Assembly: GCA_023248155.1 (NCBI GenBank)
Contig: JAHFFE010000004.1
Location: 68,248 to 132,247 of the forward strand
Source: Candidatus Omnitrophota bacterium
GTDB lineage: Bacteria > Omnitrophota > Gorgyraeia > 1-14-0-20-64-10
DNA: 64,000 nucleotides
Direction: 5' to 3'
The position numbers were made by a program, and so were the translations under genes. The notes below the pieces were generated by a model that was not told the DNA's origin, did not search any database, and worked only from the letters and a program-made list of their open reading frames with translations. Below are positions 54,401-63,400 of this stretch, piece by piece. The stretch's first letter is position 1. Each line of letters starts with the position of its first letter.

Positions 54401-57400
54401 ACCAATGAAGCCGTTTTGGTCAAAATGAAGGCTCGGGGCGCCGTCAAGACGGTGTCCAAGACCGGCAGTAAAATCAAAACAACGCTCAAAATTGATGGTG
54501 TCAAAACGACACTAGGATTCATCTATGATGAAGTCACGGAGACATACACGGATCTGGAGGGTAAGCCGCTCACCGGCAAGGGCCTCGGTGACAAATGGTT
54601 AATTGATGGGCTCCTGGACGGCACCCTCAGCATAACCATCCTCGACGAGGCGGATGGTTTGGAAGGTGAAATTTCCGGTCCCTTGACAAAATCGGTGCTT
54701 GTGGCGGCTAGAGACCAGGGCCTCGAAATCAGCCGGGACATCATTGAGCCGACGCTGTATGACCGCCTCCAGCATCCCGGCATGTCCGATCGAGACCTCA
54801 TAGCCATCCTGAACCCGATACCCGAGAATTTAGAGGTGGTCATGCAGAATGGCCATGTTGTCGACGCGAGTTATGACACCACCGTAGACAAATATGGCTG
54901 GAACCTCGGCAGTATTTTCCGGGGTGTCGTTGACTTTATTGTGGACAACCACGGAACCCGGACGGAGAAGTTAAAAGTTCACTTGGATTTTGCCGCGTTG
55001 GATAAGGCCCAATACGAAAAGAGAGAGCCCAGCATGATTCGCGACCTGCTCGGCGACGATCTCGGCACTGTCCTCTGGAATTCCATCGGCGGCCGGCAGT
55101 TTGTCGCGGCGTTCAGCGATATCAAGACGGCTTTGGTCAATATGGCCACCTCCATTGTCTACGAAACAAGTCAAGTCGGCCAGTGGTTCAGCAGTACGAT
55201 GGGAACGGCGGGCACGATCCTGGCCTGGACGCTTGGACTTGGGCTTCTTGCGCTGGCGGCTTTTTTCCTTGTGCCTCTAGCCGGAGCCTTTATCGCAGCC
55301 GGCGGCATTCTCTGGGGTATTTTCGCGGCGGGTGCAGTGCTCTTTGCCGGAACGGCGTTCGTTGCCGCCGTGGCGGGTTTATGGATGGGCGCCAGTCTAG
55401 GCGAAAGCAATTGGCGCAGCGTCGAAGAATACCGCAGTCACCTGCGCCAGAATGAAAAGAGTCAGTACCTCATCAATTTCGCCATGACGCTGATGCTCTC
55501 AGCAGGTATCGGCAGCAGTTCCTTTGCTGTTGATTTGTGGACAGGCGCGAAATTCTGGGCTCTTTCAGAATTTGGCAAAGCGTTTCTCATTGAGGCGGCC
55601 ATATCCGTGTTTGCCGGAGCAGCCGCGCAGCTCTTTTTCTTCATGTGGAATACGCCGGCCGCTCAGCGAACTTTGGGTGATCTGTTGTGGGAAGCGGCCA
55701 AGGGCGGCATGAATGGCTTCCTTTTCTTCATTGTGATGAGTGCCCTCTTTGGCCCCACCGCCATAACGCCCTGGCAAAACCTTCAGCAAATGGGTGAGCG
55801 TGTGACCTGGACGATTGTGAAGGCTGCCTGGAGTAAGGCGGAAGGTAATCTATTTGCCAGAACACTCGATTTCCTCATTATCCAGGGGGGTGCCGGACTG
55901 CTTATCCGTTTTGCCGCGCAATGGATTCCTTCTGCTCTTGGTGGCTGGGCATTTCGCGGGGTATTCAAAGTGGCCCAGTCGCAACTGTCGCGGGCGGCTG
56001 GAGCTTTTATTCTAAAGGCAGCTTCCATTGCCTTCATACGCTTGCCCACGATCCTGGTCAATTATCTGATTTCAGCGGTTGGTCAAGGCATCGGTTGGGC
56101 TGCGTTTGGCGTGGTTTTGACGGCGATCGGAGACGCCTGGAAAGCTGGCAGTGTCTGGACATTTTTTACATCACTCGGATCGGGTTTTCTCGCCGTCGGA
56201 TCGGCGCTTTATCAATTCCTGGGGACGCTGTTGTGGTCTCCGTTCGCATTATTTGAGGGCGGCTTCAGTGGCTTGGGAGCTCTCTTTCAGGGTTTCGTGG
56301 ATGCGCATGGCGCTATTGGGCAATCCATGCTGAATGGCTTTCTAATCGGCAATTTGTTCACTATTTTTGGGCCGTCGGTGACCGGCGGATTCGGTCGGTT
56401 TCTGGCGGGTCTGCATAACCCGTTCCAGGGCCTTGCGCGTTTAGGCGGCCAGCGCGTGGAAGCCTGGTTCATGGCGCTTATCTCAAAGATCGGACTGGGC
56501 GGATTGATGCGGCTTGGAACCGCCTTTGGGAAGTCTGCGGTCGGGAAATTGCTGTCGAACGCGGTTAGTAAAACGATTGGGAAAATTATTCCTGATGCTG
56601 TGAAGTCGGCAGCCAAACGGGTTGGTGAAATTTTAGGCAAACTGTTCTCAACTCAGGGTGTTTTCGGGCTCCTTCAACTCCCGTTCATTTCGCACTTCAG
56701 CGGGCTTTTGCTGAATCCGATCACCTTTTTGGGCAGTGCATTTTTTGTCGAGCATATTGTACCGTTTCTCGGCCAAACCATTGGGGAGCCGCTTGTACTG
56801 CAAGTGGCTTTACTTTTTGGTGTAACGGGCCTGCTGCAACGAGACGCGAAGGGCAATATTCTTCCGCAACTGAATGCCTTTGCCAAAGAACACGTGACGC
56901 AAAATCTATTCTTCTTCCTCCTGCCGCGCGATGTGCATGGCCGCGAAGCTTTCCAGAAACGCGCCCGTCTGGACTACCTGCATCAGCATGGCTCCTTGCC
57001 CAAGGGCAAGATCACTCAGAATAGGGCAATCGGACTAGCGCTGCGCGAGGGTAAAAACCCCGCTGAGTACTGGGCTGAAGTCAAGGGCCGCAATGCCGCC
57101 GAAGTGCTCATCGAAAGTTTCGTCCAAACGCAGATCTCCAGCGGCAACTACAATAAGTTCGAAGCGTTGACGTCGATAGCCGATCCCGGGACCTCCGAGT
57201 GGGATGTACTCATGGCCCTGGAGAAATTTAGCTTTTCGGATAATTTAGACTTTTATACTAAAAGTGAAGGCGCCGTCACTGTCGATGCTCGCACGGCCGC
57301 CCGCATTCATCTTGCAGCGAAGGTTGGAGGAAACTCTGAAAAATTTGCCGCTGCCATGACGGAGAGAATTCAAGCCGAAAATGAAGCTAAGAATCTTTAC

Positions 57401-60400
57401 GCGAGTGGCCGCCTGCCCGTATTGAGAGAAAAAGTAGCGGATAGGGACAGAACGATGAGTGTCAAATCCGCTGATCTTGTGGCGCGTGATTTTGGCGCGG
57501 ATTTTTTTGCGGTGGAACGGACCGACACTCTCAAATCCGGCTGGGTTTCTGGGCTCAAACCTGAAGCCATCAAAGAAGGGGCGAAATTTGAGGACATCTT
57601 CCAGGAGGGAGTAAGAGGCACAGCGCTTGAAGGCTCTAGGGTCAGAGTTTCCGATTGGAAAACGATTTCAGAGACAAAAGCGACCGATGCGATGGCCGCG
57701 GTCAACAAAGCTCTGGACGGTAAGTTTGAGGCTGAAGCGACTGAGTTTATTTTGGCGGTGTTCCAGAGTCATCTTAATTCGTCGATGGCGGCCGGGTTTA
57801 AGGCGGAACTTGCGAAGTATGGCGATAACGATGCTGCCCATGATGCAGTCTATAAACAGCTGGATGCTGATTTTGCCAAAAATAAAGCCAATGTCCGGGC
57901 GCGAGAAATGGTACTTCATGCTGAAAATGTTGCGGCAGAGCGCTACCAAAAATATCTGGATACGCTCGATTCCGCTGCCCGCAAAGCCGAATTGATAAAA
58001 ATCCCCGAGGAAGTCGATGCGGCAGGCGACACACCGGCCGGGATCGCCCAGCGGGCCCGCTGGCTTGTGGGAAGCCGCGAGCTCACCAAAATAAGTGCGC
58101 ATGAAGCCGCGGAGGCCGTAAAAGCCGCCTATGAAAAGGCCACTCCCTTCGAGACGATTGTGGGCGATAAGTTTGAAAATACTCGCGAGGTGTCACATCA
58201 GACCGAGAGTACGCTCAAAGTCAAAACGCTGCCCAAAGAACTGACGGAAAACTCAGCGGGTCACATCGCGGATGCTTTCAAGAATAATCCAGGGGTGCGC
58301 GAAGTAATCCTTGTAACCTTCAGCGAAACCAAACCCAGCAAAATGCTGCCTAAAAATGCTACCGCCGTTCAACATACCCAGCATGCAAAATATGTTGAGA
58401 AAATTGCGATTGTTGCGCTCAAGGATTCCATGCGCCCGGGTGGCACCAAATTCTCCAAAACGGAAGCTCTGGCACTTGAGAAGTTATTGAACTCAGGCTG
58501 CGGAAGCAGCTGTGCTCAAAGGGGTGCGTTCGGCAAAGATCTAAAGAAAGCTTTAACCGAAGCCGGTTTTATTCTGGGTAAGGCCTTGGCTGCGGACAAT
58601 CATAACCTGCTTAGGATCGGCGGCATGGTCGTTCTGCCGGATGACTTGAACGACCTGGATGCGCTTTCAGGCCGGCTGATCGCCGAGGCGCGGAATGACT
58701 TTTCCACGTTCGGAACCGGTGTTCGCGGTATGGAAACCCTGCGCACGGCGGTCAGAGTCTACGACTCGCTTGCGCCGACGGGCCAAAGTAACAGGGCAAA
58801 AGTTTTCTCATTTGCGCAAGCCTACTACCGCGCGGGCGCTCTCTCGGCCGGCACTGAGCAAAATAAACAGCGGCGAACGGCCCTAGACGCTCTGACAAAG
58901 CTTCTGGTGAATGTCCAGGAAAGCAAAGGCAGGACGGTCTCGGCGGCTGAGGCTAGGTCACTGCGTGTCGATGCCTTGGTGATCTTAAGAGCATTTTCCG
59001 GCGAGACGCGTGCGGCGCAGCGCTTAGCGCTTCAAGAGATCGGTGCCTTGGGCAAGGACGGTCTGGTCAAGGGCGGTAATATTTTTAATTGGGCGGAGAG
59101 TAAGATTTCTGAAGCGGATTTTAATAAATTGAGTACAGGTGCAAAAGCGAAGGCGATCGCGGACGGCAAAGTACAGCTCCAGAAAAAAACGGGAATCCAA
59201 TTTGAAAGCTTGACCAGTCTGATCAAAAGCGAATCCGGGGTCCTTCAGCTCGGAACTGCCGGCGGTAAAACCAGCGTGCTGACACCCGGTCTTACCAAGA
59301 TTATGAATCGCCTTGGCGTGCACACCGTCCAGTTTTTCCCCTCCGAGTTCCTTAAGCAGGCCGGTTTTGCGGCTGCCAGCTCGCAAGCGAGCAATACGAA
59401 AAAAATTGATCTGTTGGAGGGCGACATTTCACGATTAAACGGGCGGCTTACTAAAACAGAAGGGGCCGCGCGTCTCAAGCTCCAGGGGGAAATCGAAAAT
59501 CTGGAAGGTCTCAAGTCACTGCTGGAAGCAGGGATGAGTATTGTGGTTTTTGACTCGAAGAAATTTTATAAAGCGGGCGAAACGGCCTATCGGGAGCAAG
59601 TGCTCAAAGCGGATGTTTTGGTCGCTGATTTCAATGATACGAAAAGCGGTCTGTTGGAAGTCCGGTCGACCCGCGATTCGGCGCGCATGAACAACGTCGA
59701 AGCCGTCGGCCGTTATGATGCCGGCTTGCGGCTGCAAGATCGCATTGCGCGTTCGCAGCTTTTAATCGACGAAGTTGACCAATTGGTGGACGTTCCCTCA
59801 ACAACAACGGCGGCCTTTGGCGTTGAAGGCGGCGTGACCAAACGGGCGATTGACGTCGACAAAACCAGCGTGCGTGACGTAGACACGGTCGTCAAGGTCT
59901 TGGTCGACAAAGGCTATGCCAAATTTGAAAATAATAAACTCAAACTGACTAAGACGGGTGAGAGTAGTATTTTTGGAGCAGACGGCCGGGATATTAACGG
60001 CATTAATTTCAAAACGACCGCTGTGGATGATGTTTTGGGAACACTGGGCTTTGAGAGAAGTTCGAATCGCGGCCAGCAGTTTGCGAAAACGCTGGAAGGC
60101 GTTGCGCAAGGTTTGAAATTTAGCGCGCGTCAGGTGGCCTTCGGTCAAAAAGGTACAAATAAGTTTCATCCGGTCGCTGAAAACGGTGAAACCTCGGTCG
60201 ATCAGGTTTTTGCGGGCGCGCGCCGCGCTGCGGCTTACGATATCGTGGGCCGTTTGCGTGAGGGCATCAGCCATGACGGCATAGGCTCAGCCGTCTACCG
60301 CAATGTCGGCGATGTCGCGAAACTGGTGAATCTGCGCGAGAGTAAAGTTGAAGTCCAGGAAAGCGCGGTCACCGTCAGTGTGGCGGATGCTTTCCGCGAA

Positions 60401-63400
60401 CTGCGCAAGCTTGCCGGCGGCAATCTGATGATCCGCGGCTTTTCGGGCAATGCCACGGTGGCGCGCGAGCGTTTGGCACTGAATCTTGGGGTTGATTTTA
60501 TCGGCAAATTCGATGGGATTGAGAATGGCCGGTTCTATACGCTCAAGCAAACGCCGGGTCAAACCGGCTTCCGGCTGCGCAGCAACGCGTTAAACCATAA
60601 TTTCCATGGGACGATTGATGGCGCGCTGAACCGGATTACAGCGACCACCATCAGCCGGAATAAAAATATTTTGATTCAGGATATCACCGGCGAGGGCTAT
60701 AACGCGGTTTGGGATGCAACCGCCCGCAGATTGAGTGATCTGGGCCGCACGGCGACCGATAAAACGCTGTTTGTCGTCATGCTGCCGGAAAAAGGAAGCG
60801 TGGCCGTATTTACCGACTTTGCTGCGTTTAAAGCCAAGGATTTCAGCAAGTCCACGGAAGTGAAGTCAGTCAAGAATAAAATAACCGGCGAGCTTGATCT
60901 TGTAGTGGACATTAAGGGCCAGGAAATACAGTTCAATCGATTGCTGGGCGGCTATGAGGCCGGCAAAGGCCCTTTAGAAGCGCTAGGCTTTGACCGTGTG
61001 GTTGAGATTCAGAGCATGCCCGCGACGCGCGGTACCGACCAGCGCTTTGACGTGCAGAATTCAGCCGGCAAGTGGCAAGCCAATGTCCACCGCATCTTAC
61101 TGGTGGATCGCAATACGACTTTTGACTCGCTTGAGCAGGCCTTGGGCCGTGACCGCGGGTTAGGCAATTTGACGCTCGACCGCGCGACGCTCTCAGACAC
61201 GATTTCCGTGATTGATGCCAACCCCAATGCGCTGCGGGCCGAGTTCAGCAAACTGGGCGGGGGCGACAACGTCATCGGCTTGGTACGGTTCACCCATGAA
61301 ACGCTGCGCGCAAATATCCGCGAAGGCATTCTTAGCGATGGCTTGACCGCCTTGCGCGATGCACCCGGCCGTTTGTTGGGTGAAATTGAGACGGCGTTGA
61401 ATCAAACCTCCCAGGGCGGCGGCTTGGGCGGTGTAAAGGGCGCGGCGAAGGGCGATGTGACGGCGGCTCTGGCCTCTTTTGCGGCTTTGCGGAAGCAGGT
61501 GGAGGCAAAAGGCGATGACCTTACGACAGCCTTCAAGGGGACAGTCAAATCGGACCTAAAGTTCAACGACACCGCCAAGCAGTTTCACCAGTTGACGGTG
61601 GATCTGCTGCGTGGGACGGGAGATTTTAAGGGCACGGGGGTCGACTTGATCAAGGCCCTGGAAAATGCGGGCGCTAAAGAGCTGGCCGGCCGGTTGACGC
61701 GCGATGTTTTGAATGTGGACGCTAAATCGCTTGAGCTTAAGTTTGACGAGGTGACGGGCGCGGTCGAAGGGGCCGGACGCGGCGCCCGTTTCCTGGCCGA
61801 TGCCGATGTGTTTACGGTACGCGATACGGTTCAGGCCTTCCGTAATTCTCTGCATGATCTTTCCACGCGTCAAATTGAAGTCGGCGATAACGTTAAAGGC
61901 CGCACGACGGCTGAAACTTCGGGATTTAAAAGCGCGCGCGATCTTTTGCCGGATTTCACTTCGGCCAATCGCGCGGTGACTGCGGCGGTGCGTGTCGAAG
62001 TGAAGGCAACCGAAGGGTTGGCCCGCACCGAGGTAGGCAAAAAGTTGATTGATGCCTCCAGCGCCAAATATAGCGAGGCTTACCAAAAGACCATTGTAAC
62101 GGAGGTCACGGCAGCCCAAAAAGCGCCGGGCGCTACCGCCGCCACGATTGCTGCAGCCCGTCAAGCGGCCGAGACCAAAGCGGATGAGGCGGGGCGCGCC
62201 GCGTCAGCCACGCGGTTTTATGTGCCGAATGCCCATGAAATTCATGTGGAGGTGGGCGGCCAGGTGCTCGTGTTTAATGTGGCTGATCCTGGTGCCGTTG
62301 CCGCTGCCAATCAACTCGATTATGAAACCGCCGCCATGATTCGCAATGCCGTGCCGGCGGGTTCGGTGAATGGATTTGTAAGCGCGCAGTTTGATGTGGC
62401 GGCTAACCAGTTTGTCTTTTCGGCGGATATTTTGACGGATTTTCAATTTCAGCGTTCCGGCACAAAACTGCCGGCGGCAGATTTCTTCCGCCAGATCGTG
62501 ACCCCGCAGACCCAGCCGGGGACCAGCGGCTTCGCGAACTTTAATCGCGTTGATTTTGGCGCGACTGCGGATACTCGCAGGACCAGCCTGGAGAAGCATT
62601 TGGCGGCTCTAGCGGCTGGGAAAATCCCGTCGGCTCCCGGCATCGATGGGACAACTTTGCCTCACCAAACGCTGGTCTTGCCCGATACGGACACCGTGAT
62701 TGACGTGCCGAATGTGGGCGCTATTGCGATTAAGGGCGGGACTAAGATTTTTGTTCATGCGGATGGCACGGTGAGCATTCCGGCCGGCGCATTTGCCGAC
62801 GATGATTTTAGAATCCCGGGATTCAAGTTAATTCCGACGGCGGATGCGGCGATTGTGGTGCGCGCAACCGGGGCAACGGTTCTACGGTTAGGGCCTGGAA
62901 CGCAGTCGTCTTTTGATTTTGGCGGGGTTGCCATTCCGAATCTGCCGGAGGGGACTGAAATTGAATTTATTAAAAATACCGTGAGTGCCATTAATTTACC
63001 CGCGGAATCTTCTGTCTCGATCACAGTGGCGGGTACAAGATTCACATTGCCTCCCAATACCCGGATTATCCCAAGCGACATTCCACAACAAACCCAGTTT
63101 GAGCTTCCGGACGGCCGGGTTATGGTGGTTAAAATTGATGCGGTGACTAAAAAACCCGTGCCCGTATTGGCCAGCGTCAATCTGCCGGACTTTGCAACCG
63201 TCGATACGGTCTGGGTGACGGATGCCGGCGCCATTAAAACATTCCGCAAAGTGGAAACGCCCGTCAATATTGACATTGGAACCCGCAAAGTGATTCTGCC
63301 GGCGGGCGTTTTTGTAGAAACCGATCTCGCCGGAAAAATTCTCCGGATCGCGATACCTGAAAATGTAACTTTAACTACTGCCCAGCTGCCGGCCCTGACC

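Noticed and set aside
59190-61165. Calling this the housekeeping secA gene
   Set aside because: It is embedded in a >21,000 aa frame, its motifs are divergent and it has no separate start or stop, so no gene symbol is given.
54-62339. Short + strand ORFs in frames +1 and +3
   Set aside because: They overlap the giant CDS out of frame and give Arg/Pro/Ser/Cys-rich translations typical of off-frame GC-rich DNA.
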